From Verrucomicrobiota bacterium (GTDB lineage: Bacteria > Verrucomicrobiota > Verrucomicrobiia > Chthoniobacterales > UBA10450): a DNA stretch of 28,936 nt. The stretch spans positions 1 through 28,936 of the forward strand of contig JBEEGY010000106.1 of NCBI GenBank assembly GCA_041167145.1, written 5' to 3'. Under the pieces are notes generated by a model that was not told the origin of the DNA, did not search any database, and saw only the letters and a list, made by a program, of their open reading frames with translations. This document shows positions 1-9,626 of the stretch, piece by piece; within the stretch, counting starts at the first letter, position 1; every line of letters starts with the position of its first letter. The translations under genes were made by a program, and so were the position numbers.

Positions 1-2
1 CC

Positions 3-134
3 AGAGGCAAAGTTAGAGTCGTCGCGACGGGCGGTTATGCAAGATTGATAGCGTCCCGCCTGACAGAGATAGAGGCAGTCCATCCTCACCTGACGCTGGA
101 GGGTTTACGAATCGTTGCCAACCTCAATAACTAG
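3..134 (+). CDS. coaX: 3' end of type III pantothenate kinase (partial, runs off the window start)
   Basis: Frame 3 is open from the edge to TAG at 132-134 and reads RGKVRVVATGGYARLIASRLTEIEAVHPHLTLEGLRIVANLNN. VATGG...LTLEGL is the characteristic CoaX C-terminus. Not in the ORF track. Confidence 0.8.
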   Translation, partial: RGKVRVVATGGYARLIASRLTEIEAVHPHLTLEGLRIVANLNN

Positions 135-251
135 CCCTCGAAAGCCGTGGAGAGGAACCCATTTTACGCTAAACAATGCAGGAAAATTGCCTCCTCGGCG
201 GACATTTTAAGCTTGTCATTAGTGACGTGCGAATGTTGTATGCACACAGGC

Positions 252-3200
252 ATGAAGATTCGGAAAATCACGGTAATTGCAGTCCTGGTATTTAGTTCTT
301 TTGCGGCCAATAATGTCGCTCCCTCGAAGACGGAACTCGAGGCGATGTACGACAAGGCGTTTCGCGAATTCGACGCAAATAATTTTACCGAAGCGCTGAA
401 AGACCTGGATGCCATCGATGCCCGCCAACCAGATCTGGCGGAGTCGCAAAATCTGCGAGGCGTCATTTTGATGCGCCAGGGCATTTACGACAAAGCGGAA
501 ACGGCCCTGATGGAAGCATTGCGAATCGATCCAAAGTTTTGGAATGCGCGATTTAATCTGGCCGAGATTCCGTTTCTGAGAAAGGACTGGTCCGAAGCGC
601 GCAAACGCTTTCAAGAGCTCTTATCCAGCAATGCCTCGGAGCTTGAAGGCGATGCATCGCAGCTCATTCAATACAAAATTTTACTGACTTATTTGCTCGA
701 AGGCAAAGAAAACATGGTCGATTCCATCCTGGCCAAATTCGAACTTTCGCCCGATACGCCCGCCGTCCATTACGCTAATGCGGCGATCGCCTTGCAGCGC
801 AAGAACTCGAAAGATGCAAAAGATTGGATGGTAGCGGCGGAGAAGAATTTTTCTCCGCAGTTAAATAAACTGTTCGTTGAATCGCTCTATGAAGTGGGTT
901 GGCTTGAAAAGCCTGCTGGCCAAACGCGGGCCGCGCTCGAGCTGACGACGGCGACCGAACGCGCGGCGAAAAGCAAAGCGTTCGCTCGCTCCAGATATGA
1001 AGAGGCACAAAAGGCCTTTCAACAACGCGATCTGACTGCCGCGCGCAAGTTTATTGATGAAGCCGATGCGACCGATCCCAACCAGCCGGCCATTCTCAAT
1101 TTGCGCGGTGAAGTGCTGATGGAGCAAAAAGAGTTCGATCAGGCCGAAGCCGCGTTCAAAGCCGCGGCCAAGGCGGATCCGAAATTTCGCGAAGCGCAAT
1201 ACAACCTGGCGCAAGTACCGTTCAAGAAACGCGATTACGGGCAGGCGCGCACTCGTTTCGAGTCCTTGTTTAGCCAAACGCCCGGCGGTGATAAAAACGC
1301 GTCGGCGCAGCTCATCAAGTTCAAAATTTACATGACGCTCTTGCTTGAGGGCAAGGAGAGTCGCGCCCAAAAGATGATGGAGCAATTCCAGTTCACGGGT
1401 GACACGCCCGCCCTCTACTACGCGCAGGCCGCGTGGGAGTTTAAACATAACAATCCGGATAAAGCCACGGATTGGATTACATCGGCCAAGAAAATTTACT
1501 CGCCCGCCCTCAATATTGTTTTCGTGGACGCCTTTTACGATCTTGGCTGGCTGGAAAGCCCAGCCATTGCGTCGACGTCAGCGACGGAAGCTGCCGCTGT
1601 GATGTCCTCGGGGGCGCAAGCGGAGTTTAGTCCTGCTATCGAACCAAGCCCAATCCCGGCAGTAGCCGCGGCGAAGAGCAAGCAGGCGAAGGAAGCAAGC
1701 CAATCGTTGAGTTTGGCGGCCCCCATGGCGAGCCCTGTGATCGCAGGGATGGAGGCGACTGCTTCGAATCTGGCGACGGCCGCGGGGAGCCCGGCGCGAC
1801 CTGAAGATGTGCCGGCAAATCCAGTTCCAGCTTTCTCACCAACGGTAGAAACGCCGGTCGCTACGGCTGGCGCTCCGGCCTCATCCGCGATCCCGGTTGT
1901 CGAACAACCCGTGGCCCCGGAATCGAAGCCGGCAGCTTCGCCAGCTCGCGTGGTCTCTGCTCCTCGCTCGGCGGCGTCCGCTACGCCCGCCACAGTTTTG
2001 GCTCCGGCCCGCGTTCGCGAATGGTCCCGACCCACCATCGGTGAAAGGCTCGATCGGCTGGCCGATCCGAGAACATTGCTCTTCGGCGGATTACTCTTGG
2101 CCGCCGTTGTTATACTTGCGTTCGCCGTTGTACCGGAAGTGCGCCGTCGTGGAGTCCAATTTGCTTTCTTCCGCCGTCCGGCTCCGGTGACCGGCCTGCC
2201 CATCGACCAGGTGGGCGCAGCTCCTGCTGAGAAACCGCTTACCTTGAGTAACCAACTTACCGGCGGCCCGCGCCAAGTTTCATTAAAGTTGAAAGCATCG
2301 GAACCCTCTCTGCGTCGCGCGGTGTTGCCAGTTGGCAAAGGCATTCATGCCTTGAACGAAATGCCGGCTGCGGAAGATTTCGGCGCGGCTCGCTCCGAAA
2401 CCGATGTCGCTACTGTCCGCTCTTCGGAACCAGCGTTGGAATCTGTTGGGCCGGTTGTTGAGCAGGGACACATCCCGCCTGTCGCTGAAATGCCGTTCAC
2501 GCCCGAACCGACGGAATGGGCAAGTCCGATTACGCCCGCAGCACCAATGGATGTCTTGCCGCCCGTTGTCTCGCAAAGCGAGCCCACCCCTGAGCCGCCG
2601 ATCGAACCGATTGGACAGGGTCAACCGGTGCCTTATCAGACCACTATTTTCCCAGAACCGCCGGTTGAAATCGCTAGACCTCAACCCCAACCGCAGCCAA
2701 TGTTCGTGCCGCGTCATACAGTTTCGCAACCACCAACCACTGCCACCATGCCTGAACCGATCCAAATCCCAACTGCTCCATTAGTACGAACTCCCGCCGC
2801 CGGTGCGCCGCAACCAGCAGGTGCCATGCAGACGGCCGTTCAACTTAGTTTCTCTTTCGAGATTGCTTCCATGCAACTCACGCCGGCCTTCAAGATGGGC
2901 GCGTTACAATTGCGCCCGACTTCCAAGATCGTCACGATGCGTCTCGCCCCTTCGCAGCAACCACAGCCGGCGATGAACCTGCAGGTCAACTTCGAGATCG
3001 CAAAAATCCAGCCAGCCGGAGGGGGTCTTGGCAGCATCCGCTTAACGCCTTCGCAACAACAGAGGCCCGCGGCCGTCGGATCACCTTCATTCAGTGTGGC
3101 CGGATTGCAGCTCGTTTCAAATTTCGAAGCTGCGCCCGTCCAGATCACTCCAACGCAATCCGGACAGGCGCCCGTGTTGGTCACGAGCTCATTCCAAATT

Positions 3201-3404
3201 GCCACGGTGGAATTTTCGCCTTCGTTCGAAATCGCTTCGATCGTCTTGAATTCAAACTCGAAAAACATTTCGGTCCAACTTCCTGGTGCTCCTTCACCTG
3301 AAGGCGCGCCCATGTTCGAGATCGCCAATCTGCAGATTTCGGGAACAGGCGACATCGGCTTGATGCAGGTGCATGCGCTCGGTCAGGGCCCGAAGCGGGC
3401 TTAA
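252..3404 (+). CDS. Large membrane-anchored TPR protein: signal peptide, two duplicated TPR modules, Pro/Ala linker, one TM helix, Pro-rich linker, C-terminal repeat domain
   Basis: Start moved from 147 to ATG 252 (MKIRKITVIAVLVFSSFAA is signal-peptide-like). TPR-like helices (e.g. LNLRGEVLMEQKEFDQAEAAFKAAAKADP). Hydrophobic LLFGGLLLAAVVILAFAVV at about 2076-2135. Confidence 0.8.
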   Translation: MKIRKITVIAVLVFSSFAANNVAPSKTELEAMYDKAFREFDANNFTEALKDLDAIDARQPDLAESQNLRGVILMRQGIYDKAETALMEALRIDPKFWNARFNLAEIPFLRKDWSEARKRFQELLSSNASELEGDASQLIQYKILLTYLLEGKENMVDSILAKFELSPDTPAVHYANAAIALQRKNSKDAKDWMVAAEKNFSPQLNKLFVESLYEVGWLEKPAGQTRAALELTTATERAAKSKAFARSRYEEAQKAFQQRDLTAARKFIDEADATDPNQPAILNLRGEVLMEQKEFDQAEAAFKAAAKADPKFREAQYNLAQVPFKKRDYGQARTRFESLFSQTPGGDKNASAQLIKFKIYMTLLLEGKESRAQKMMEQFQFTGDTPALYYAQAAWEFKHNNPDKATDWITSAKKIYSPALNIVFVDAFYDLGWLESPAIASTSATEAAAVMSSGAQAEFSPAIEPSPIPAVAAAKSKQAKEASQSLSLAAPMASPVIAGMEATASNLATAAGSPARPEDVPANPVPAFSPTVETPVATAGAPASSAIPVVEQPVAPESKPAASPARVVSAPRSAASATPATVLAPARVREWSRPTIGERLDRLADPRTLLFGGLLLAAVVILAFAVVPEVRRRGVQFAFFRRPAPVTGLPIDQVGAAPAEKPLTLSNQLTGGPRQVSLKLKASEPSLRRAVLPVGKGIHALNEMPAAEDFGAARSETDVATVRSSEPALESVGPVVEQGHIPPVAEMPFTPEPTEWASPITPAAPMDVLPPVVSQSEPTPEPPIEPIGQGQPVPYQTTIFPEPPVEIARPQPQPQPMFVPRHTVSQPPTTATMPEPIQIPTAPLVRTPAAGAPQPAGAMQTAVQLSFSFEIASMQLTPAFKMGALQLRPTSKIVTMRLAPSQQPQPAMNLQVNFEIAKIQPAGGGLGSIRLTPSQQQRPAAVGSPSFSVAGLQLVSNFEAAPVQITPTQSGQAPVLVTSSFQIATVEFSPSFEIASIVLNSNSKNISVQLPGAPSPEGAPMFEIANLQISGTGDIGLMQVHALGQGPKRA
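342..1556 (+). repeat. Intragenic tandem duplication of a ~190-aa TPR module (copy 1 about 342-908, copy 2 about 993-1556)
   Basis: Aligned anchors: NLRG/NLRG, DPKF/DPKF, QLIQYKILLTYLLEGKE/QLIKFKIYMTLLLEGKE, DTPA/DTPA, SPQLN/SPALN, YEVGWLE/YDLGWLE. Confidence 0.9.
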
Positions 3405-3428
3405 AACCAAGATCGACAATTACTTCCG

Positions 3429-3454
3429 AGCGCGAACGGTCTCCCGTTCGCGCT
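3429..3454. terminator. Hairpin between convergent genes, probable bidirectional terminator
   Basis: AGCGCGAACGG-TCTC-CCGTTCGCGCT is a perfect 11-bp stem with a 4-nt loop, lying between stops at 3404 and 3471. The U-tract is weak. Confidence 0.65.
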
Positions 3455-3470
3455 TGTCGTTTATGCGTAC

Positions 3471-4598
3471 CTAGCGGCGGCCCTGCTGCTTGATGAAGCG
3501 GCCGCGATTAAGGGAGCGCAGCTGTTTCAGCAGAAATTCGCCGTCCCGCCGAATCAATTTGCCGTCAAAGTAGATTTCCCCGCCGCCGTATTCAGGGCGC
3601 TGAATATTCACCATGTCCCAGTGCACCTGACTGCGATTTCCATTGTCCGCTTCTTCGTAAGCCTGACCCGGTGTGAAGTGAAAGGATCCGGCGATCTTTT
3701 CGTCGAATAAAATGTCGCGCATCGGTTCCAGAATATGTGGATTAAACGCAAGCGAAAATTCGCCGATGTAACGCGCGCCCGCGTCGGAATCAAGAATCTT
3801 ATTAAGCTTGTCAGTTTGATTGCTGGTTGCGTGGACGATCTTGCCATCACGAAACTCCAGCCGGATTCCGTCGAAACCGATGCCCTGATAAATAGTCGGT
3901 GCATTAAAAGTAATGTGACCGTGCACGGAATTCTTGACAGGTGCGGTGAAGACTTCCCCGTCGGGAATATTGCGGTCGCCTCCACAAATCACAGCCGGTA
4001 TCTTCTTAACGCTGAAGCGCAGGTCGGTACCCGGTCCTTTAACTTCAACCCGATCCGTCTTTTGTAACAAAGCCTTGAGCGCTTTCATTCCCGGCTGCAG
4101 CTTTCGATAATCGAGAGTGCACACATCAAAGTAAAAATTCTCAAAGGCTTCCGTGCTCATGGAGGCGAGCTGGGCCATCGATGGCGTTGGCCATCGCAGC
4201 ACAACCCACTTGGTTTTCTTTACTCTTTGGTCCTGCACCGGGCGCATTTTTTTCGCTACCAATTGCAATTTCGCTACCGGCACGTCAGACATTTCCGTGA
4301 TGTTATTGCTGCCGCGCAAAGCGATATAGGCGTCCATCTTCTTCATTCGCGCCAGCTCATGCCCGGCCGCGAGATCTAATTGTCGATCCGACGCCTTAAG
4401 CGCTATTTCGCGGTTAACTTGCGCGCGCTGGATCTGCACGAATGGAATTGCGCCCGCCTGTCGCGCCGCGCGAATCAATGCGATTGGCATTTCATCGGGA
4501 ACATCGAACGCTTCGATCAAAACTTTTTCATCGTGTTTTAGCCTGATTGAGTATTCGACCAGAAGTTTTGCGAGCTTATCGAAACGGGTGTCGTGCAT
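3471..4598 (-). CDS. Peptidase M29 family aminopeptidase (AmpS/aminopeptidase II type)
   Basis: N-terminal [15 protein letters not shown]; [11 protein letters not shown]; RYIGEF; [16 protein letters not shown]; [10 protein letters not shown] metal-binding motifs. Confidence 0.9.
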   Translation of the reverse strand: MHDTRFDKLAKLLVEYSIRLKHDEKVLIEAFDVPDEMPIALIRAARQAGAIPFVQIQRAQVNREIALKASDRQLDLAAGHELARMKKMDAYIALRGSNNITEMSDVPVAKLQLVAKKMRPVQDQRVKKTKWVVLRWPTPSMAQLASMSTEAFENFYFDVCTLDYRKLQPGMKALKALLQKTDRVEVKGPGTDLRFSVKKIPAVICGGDRNIPDGEVFTAPVKNSVHGHITFNAPTIYQGIGFDGIRLEFRDGKIVHATSNQTDKLNKILDSDAGARYIGEFSLAFNPHILEPMRDILFDEKIAGSFHFTPGQAYEEADNGNRSQVHWDMVNIQRPEYGGGEIYFDGKLIRRDGEFLLKQLRSLNRGRFIKQQGRR

Positions 4599-4642
4599 AG
4601 CAAGTTATGATTCCATCAGGCGCACGCGATGCAACCGCTGTT

Positions 4643-5893
4643 CTAAGTTTGCGCGAATCTTGCGGCGAACGCGCCATCGAAATGGTCGCGGAACGGCAAC
4701 ACCAATCTTGCCTGTAGAGGCGACAGTTCGGGAAATTCTCGCGCGAGCTGGGACGCGACTTGCTCGTTCTCCTCGGATTCAAGGCTGCATGTGCTGTAAA
4801 CAAGGACGCCGTCATGTTTGAGTAAGGGTATGATCTGGCGCAAGATCGACATCTGCTCCTTGGGCATTTTCCTGAAATCATCTGGCCGCAACCGCCAGCG
4901 AACGTCGACACGACGGCGCATGACTCCCGTATTGCTGCACGGCGCATCGACAAGAATCCGATCGAACGGCGCCAAGGATGCAATTTCCCTTGGCACGTTA
5001 TCGCGCATCCAGTCACAACAAAACGTGCGGACAATTGTGGCTCCAAGTCGCGCCATGTTTTCTTGAAGTGACCTTGTCCGTTGCGAATCGCGGTCGCAGG
5101 CGGTAATGACACCGCGATTCTCCATAAGTTGAGCCAGGTACCCAGTCTTTCCGCCTGGGGCAGCACAGGCGTCCAAGATTTTTTCTCCCGGTTTTGGATC
5201 GAGAAAGCGGCAGGCAAGTGCCGTGCTTGGATCTTGCATATAACAATGACCACATTCGAGAGCGTCACGTCTAAATGTTTCAAACTTCACGAAGTCAGGA
5301 TCATCCGGCAGGAGTCTCGCGTCCGCGTACGTTTCGAGAAACTTGTTCCGATCAATTTTCAATTCATTGATGCGCGCATAGGTCGGCGGAGGTTGGTTGT
5401 TCCAGATACACAATCCTTCCGCATTCTCGGAATCAAAATTCTTCGTCCATCGTTCAACAAGGAACTTCGGGTGCGACAATCGCGCGTCGAGCGGCTGTTC
5501 GTTTGCTTCCGAAAGCAATTCGGTTCGCTGTCGAGATGCATTTCGCAGAACGCCGTTGATTATGCCGCGGCGATTCTTCGGTGCGAGTTCGACGGTTTCG
5601 TAAACAGCGGCATGTTGCGATGTAGCAGCGAGCAACAATTGATACAGGCCGAGCCGGAGAATGTCCCGAAGATCGGCATCTAGACGTGAGGAGCGAAGCC
5701 GGCCGATCCAGAAATCCAGCAGCGTCAGATTTCGCAAAACACCGTAAAATAATTCTAGTGCGAAAGCGCGGTCTGGGGCCGTGAGTTTTGTTTGCGCGAG
5801 CAATTCTCCGATGATGGAATCGGCAAATCGTCTTCCACAGCGCCAGGTCGTCAACGCGGCGAGCGCGATGCGACGAGCAGAAGCCAGTGGCAC
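4643..5893 (-). CDS. rsmB: 16S rRNA m5C967 methyltransferase with N-terminal NusB-like domain
   Basis: NusB-like ILRLGLYQLL; YMQDPST; LDACAAPGGKT; ILVDAPCSNTG; VYSTCS (both catalytic Cys motifs). GTG start. Confidence 0.9.
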   Translation of the reverse strand: MPLASARRIALAALTTWRCGRRFADSIIGELLAQTKLTAPDRAFALELFYGVLRNLTLLDFWIGRLRSSRLDADLRDILRLGLYQLLLAATSQHAAVYETVELAPKNRRGIINGVLRNASRQRTELLSEANEQPLDARLSHPKFLVERWTKNFDSENAEGLCIWNNQPPPTYARINELKIDRNKFLETYADARLLPDDPDFVKFETFRRDALECGHCYMQDPSTALACRFLDPKPGEKILDACAAPGGKTGYLAQLMENRGVITACDRDSQRTRSLQENMARLGATIVRTFCCDWMRDNVPREIASLAPFDRILVDAPCSNTGVMRRRVDVRWRLRPDDFRKMPKEQMSILRQIIPLLKHDGVLVYSTCSLESEENEQVASQLAREFPELSPLQARLVLPFRDHFDGAFAARFAQT

Positions 5894-5911
5894 AACTGCA
5901 GGGCCAAAAGC

Positions 5912-7225
5912 CTAGCGCGGCGTGACGCTCGCGCGGCCGATCGAATGATAGGAAAAACCTAGTTTCCCCATCGTTTCCGGATCGAACATGTTCCGGCCAT
6001 CGAAGACAATAGGCGTGGTCATCTTTTCTTTAACTGCGGCAAGATCGACATTGGCAAACTCGCTCCATTCTGTCGCGATAATCAATGCCTCCGCACCCTC
6101 GGTGGCATCGAGAGCAGAGGCGGCAAATTTGGCTCCCTCAATCGTTTTCACTTCGCGCGCTTTCTCCATGCCCTTGGGATCGTAAACGGTTACGTGCGCG
6201 CCTTCGCCCAGCATGTCGGCCACGAGATCAATAGCGACTGACGAACGAATGTCGTCCGTGTCCGGTTTGAAAGTGAGTCCCCAGACCGCGATTTTCTTGT
6301 CGCGCAACACCCAGAGCGTTTCGCGAATCGTCTTAAGAAAGCGGTCTTTTTGTGTGCCGTTTATGCGTTGCACCTCCTTCAACAAATTGAATGGCACACC
6401 TAATTGCTCGCTGATGGTGATGAAGGCCGCAATGTCCTTCGGAAAACAGGAGCCGCCGTAACCAATCCCGGCATTGAGAAAATTGCGACCGATACGCCGA
6501 TCCATGCCAATGCCATCCGCAACTTTCTCAATGTCCGCGCCACTCGCTTCGCAGATCGCGGAGACGGCATTGATGTAGGAAATTTTCAACGCTAAAAATG
6601 AATTCGCGGCGTGTTTGATGAGTTCGGCACTGTTGATGTCGGTGACAAGAATGGGCGCCATAAATGGTTCGTAGACCTTTTTCATGAGATCGACGGCTTG
6701 CTCGCTTTGGGCGCCGATGACGATGCGATCGGGATGCATTAGATCGGCAATGGCGCAACCTTCGCGCAAGAACTCCGGATTACTGACCACGTCGAACTTC
6801 GCGCCATGGCGATTATATCGTTTGATCGATTCGGCGACCTTTTCGCCTGTTTTGACGGGGACGGTGCTCTTGTCAACGATCACGCGGTAGTCGGTTAGAA
6901 CGCCGGCGATTTCGCGGGCGACCTTCTCGATAAAACTAAGATCGACATCTCCATTTTGCCGTTGCGGGGTGGGAACAGCGATAAAGACGATCTGCGATTT
7001 GTCGACTCCTTCTTCAATGCTGCCGGTGAAACGCAGCCGATGCGCGGAAACGTTTCGGTGAATCACCTCTTCCAGGCCGGGCTCGTAGATCGGCACTTTG
7101 CCGGCCTGAAGCGCTTCAACCTTACGCAGATCGTTGTCGACGCAGATGACGTTGTGGCCAACGTCGGCGAAGCACGCCCCTGTGACGAGGCCGACATACC
7201 CGGAGCCAATGATTGAGAGATCCAT
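5912..7225 (-). CDS. ugd: UDP-glucose 6-dehydrogenase
   Basis: IIGSGYVGLV Rossmann motif; KSTVPV; SNPEFLREG; AELIKHAANSFLALKISYIN; GYGGSCFPKD; GLTFKPDTDDIRSS. Start moved to ATG 7225 (MDLSIIG). Confidence 0.93.
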   Translation of the reverse strand: MDLSIIGSGYVGLVTGACFADVGHNVICVDNDLRKVEALQAGKVPIYEPGLEEVIHRNVSAHRLRFTGSIEEGVDKSQIVFIAVPTPQRQNGDVDLSFIEKVAREIAGVLTDYRVIVDKSTVPVKTGEKVAESIKRYNRHGAKFDVVSNPEFLREGCAIADLMHPDRIVIGAQSEQAVDLMKKVYEPFMAPILVTDINSAELIKHAANSFLALKISYINAVSAICEASGADIEKVADGIGMDRRIGRNFLNAGIGYGGSCFPKDIAAFITISEQLGVPFNLLKEVQRINGTQKDRFLKTIRETLWVLRDKKIAVWGLTFKPDTDDIRSSVAIDLVADMLGEGAHVTVYDPKGMEKAREVKTIEGAKFAASALDATEGAEALIIATEWSEFANVDLAAVKEKMTTPIVFDGRNMFDPETMGKLGFSYHSIGRASVTPR

Positions 7226-7312
7226 TGCGAAAAGAAGAAACCGCGTCTTAGTGGCGGTGAAGCAACCCACGAGCCACGGCTGCGAAGGGTAGCGTGCCTT
7301 GCAAAAGCTTCC

Positions 7313-9559
7313 TCATGGATTCTCTCCCGAGCTCGACGGATCAAAACTCAGATCAAAGCCGAATTTTGGAAACGCTTTTAGCGTGAAGGTTAAAAGCACC
7401 CCGTATTCTCTAACGCCACCGTTATCGCGAATGACCGCGCCGATCGATGCGACCCAACTCGTTAAGTCGCGGTAAATGGAGTATCGCTGTTGCTCAAGAA
7501 TATGGGTCGTCGTTTCGTACTGTTCCTGAACTCCGACCCCCCAGTTGTCGTTGAAGCGAAAATACCCACCGGCGACCAACAGGCTGCTGTTCTCGAAAAA
7601 GGGATTCTCGTTCAGGTAACGATGTCCGAGATTGAGCTGAAGATTTGCGAGCGGCTGAAACACGATGTTCGTGTTCACTTCGGTGAATCCCTTATCGAAG
7701 GCAGGTATCTGTGAATTGATTACCAGCGATGCCCACGGAAGAGGCGTGAAATGCAAAGTGTTAAATAGATTTGAGAATTGTGTTCGATCGAATGGATTGT
7801 CGAAATTAATGTCGACATACGTTTCCAGTTCGAGCCAACTGACGGTTAAGTCGTCGCGTCGGGTCTGTAGACGATTACGAACGCCGAGGCGCCAAATTGT
7901 CCAGCGATCAATCGAATCGATGGAAGTGAACTGGGGGAAATCAATCGGGCGAAGTTGTGTGGACGGCTCGAATCGGTCGAACTGCAGGATCGCAGCCGGA
8001 TCGGCCCCGTTGTTCCATACATAAGAGAAATTTGTGAAAGGTTGGATGACGTGACGGACGCCGTCGAGACCGAGCGTCCGATCTTGCACGTCCTCCCATT
8101 CGCGAGACATTTTGAATGAGGCTTCCACCCCGGCGTTTAAAACGGTGCGGAATTTATCGCCCCCCTCCGCTATCGGCATGGCAAGCGTGGGATCGGGCAG
8201 CAGGAAGTCGGGAATCAATGGATTGGTGCTCGGCGTGAAGATCGTTTTTCCCAAGTCTCGCGTCTCGCCGTAGTAGGTGCCGCGAAAGCCCACCCGCGGC
8301 ACAATCGAAAGCCAGCCGAAGTACGTGTTGGGATAGAGGAGCTGATGGAATGTGTCGGCGCGAAACGTGCCGTAATCTTGAAAGCCAGAGGCGGCGGCAA
8401 AATTACGATGTAGGTCAGCGACGCTGGTTTCGCCTTCGTAAAAAATGGGAGTGCCAAAAAGAGCGTGCCGCTTGACGTCGAGCACGATTTCGGGCAATCG
8501 CTCGGTTTGCTCGAAGAAGGCATTGGCTTGGAAGCGCGCAATGGCGGTGAGCGTATAAAAAGGATCCGTTTTTGCGACGGCGATGACGTTGTCGGGAACA
8601 GGATTAAACCGAAATTCGTTCTGATAGAAATCCTGCATGACGAACGCATCGCTTAATTTCGTTATGTCGACGATGCCGTAGATGTCGCTCGTGAAATTAG
8701 TATAATCCTCCACACTTACGCGGTAGCGAGCAGTGCCAATGCTGCCGCGAGGGAGCGAGGTGCGATTAAGCAAGGGATTTTGATCCTGGAGGTAGTAGGT
8801 CTTTAACTTTGCCCAGCTGCTGTCGTCTTTGCCGTATTTAACGTCCGACTCGAATCCAAGCGCGACACCACGACGACCGCGGATATCGAGACGAACGCGG
8901 CCTTTAATTTTCTCGGTGATCGGAAAAGTAACCTGCGTGAGCAGAGAGGGTCCCCAGGAACTTAGGAAAGCGGGGGAAATAGAAAAGCTGAAGGCATCAT
9001 CGAGAGATTGGTAGAGGTACGGCCACCAAAAAATCGGGACGCTGCCAGCATAGAACGTCACGTTTTGAAAAATGACGTGGTCTTTCTCGTAAACGCGCAC
9101 GGTTCGTGCGCGAAAATGAAAGTCAGGTGTGGCCGAGTCGTGTGTCGTAAAAATGCTGTTTTGCACGCGATAACCGTTCTCGGAAATTGTGCTAATTTTC
9201 TCGCCACCCAGAAAGTAAGGCTGATATTCGGTGCGCATTTCCGTGCCGCGAATCTCCTTGGTCTCAGTGTTGTAGACGGCGTGGTTGCCCAGATAAAGTT
9301 GGAGGTCGTGATAGATGCGAACGTTGCCGTCGAGCGCTACCTCATGCGTTTCAGAGTTATATCGGGCGGAATCCGCATAGATGTCAGTATCGCCGATGTG
9401 AATCGCCACATTGTCTGTAGCGGTAGCAATACCATTCTCATAACGAGTTTCTCCGCTCGATGTGATTTCCACCGGAAGATGCTCGGAAGACTTTGGCGCC
9501 GCCCCGGTCCGGCCGATGGCCAGAAAGAGGCTAAGAATCGATAGAACCAGCAGGCGCAT
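7313..9559 (-). CDS. lptD: LPS-assembly outer-membrane protein LptD (OstA jellyroll plus beta-barrel)
   Basis: Signal peptide MRLLVLSILSLFLAIGRTGA; jellyroll segment ATATDNVAIHIGDTDIYADSARYN...LDGNV; VPIFWWPY; GVRHVIQP; amphipathic beta-strands to the C-terminus. Start moved to ATG 9559. Confidence 0.85.
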   Translation of the reverse strand: MRLLVLSILSLFLAIGRTGAAPKSSEHLPVEITSSGETRYENGIATATDNVAIHIGDTDIYADSARYNSETHEVALDGNVRIYHDLQLYLGNHAVYNTETKEIRGTEMRTEYQPYFLGGEKISTISENGYRVQNSIFTTHDSATPDFHFRARTVRVYEKDHVIFQNVTFYAGSVPIFWWPYLYQSLDDAFSFSISPAFLSSWGPSLLTQVTFPITEKIKGRVRLDIRGRRGVALGFESDVKYGKDDSSWAKLKTYYLQDQNPLLNRTSLPRGSIGTARYRVSVEDYTNFTSDIYGIVDITKLSDAFVMQDFYQNEFRFNPVPDNVIAVAKTDPFYTLTAIARFQANAFFEQTERLPEIVLDVKRHALFGTPIFYEGETSVADLHRNFAAASGFQDYGTFRADTFHQLLYPNTYFGWLSIVPRVGFRGTYYGETRDLGKTIFTPSTNPLIPDFLLPDPTLAMPIAEGGDKFRTVLNAGVEASFKMSREWEDVQDRTLGLDGVRHVIQPFTNFSYVWNNGADPAAILQFDRFEPSTQLRPIDFPQFTSIDSIDRWTIWRLGVRNRLQTRRDDLTVSWLELETYVDINFDNPFDRTQFSNLFNTLHFTPLPWASLVINSQIPAFDKGFTEVNTNIVFQPLANLQLNLGHRYLNENPFFENSSLLVAGGYFRFNDNWGVGVQEQYETTTHILEQQRYSIYRDLTSWVASIGAVIRDNGGVREYGVLLTFTLKAFPKFGFDLSFDPSSSGENP

Positions 9560-9570
9560 GGCGGACGCCG

Positions 9571-9598
9571 AAGGTACCGAACGGAAAGGCCCTTGCAA
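9571..9598 (-). promoter_or_regulatory. Putative sigma70 promoter for lptD
   Basis: On the - strand TTGCAA-N16-TACCTT, 11 nt upstream of ATG 9559. Confidence 0.4.
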
Positions 9599-9626
9599 AG
9601 CTAAAACCCGGGAGTTTCCCATGGAG

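Noticed and set aside
147-251. N-terminal extensions given by the ORF track (also ugd 7226-7270, lptD 9560-9640, KS 11993-12061, parB 15829-15864, exbB 23797-23850, TPR 25020-25064, ImuB-like 28810-28911)
   Set aside because: Family N-termini, signal peptides, SD or promoter positions and ATGA overlaps all point to the downstream starts.
1535-2344. 269-aa antisense ORF (and similar shadows such as 861-1448, 2840-3355, 5081-5683, 25116-25781, 27147-28034)
   Set aside because: They lie opposite well-supported genes in GC-rich or low-complexity sequence and show no family motifs.
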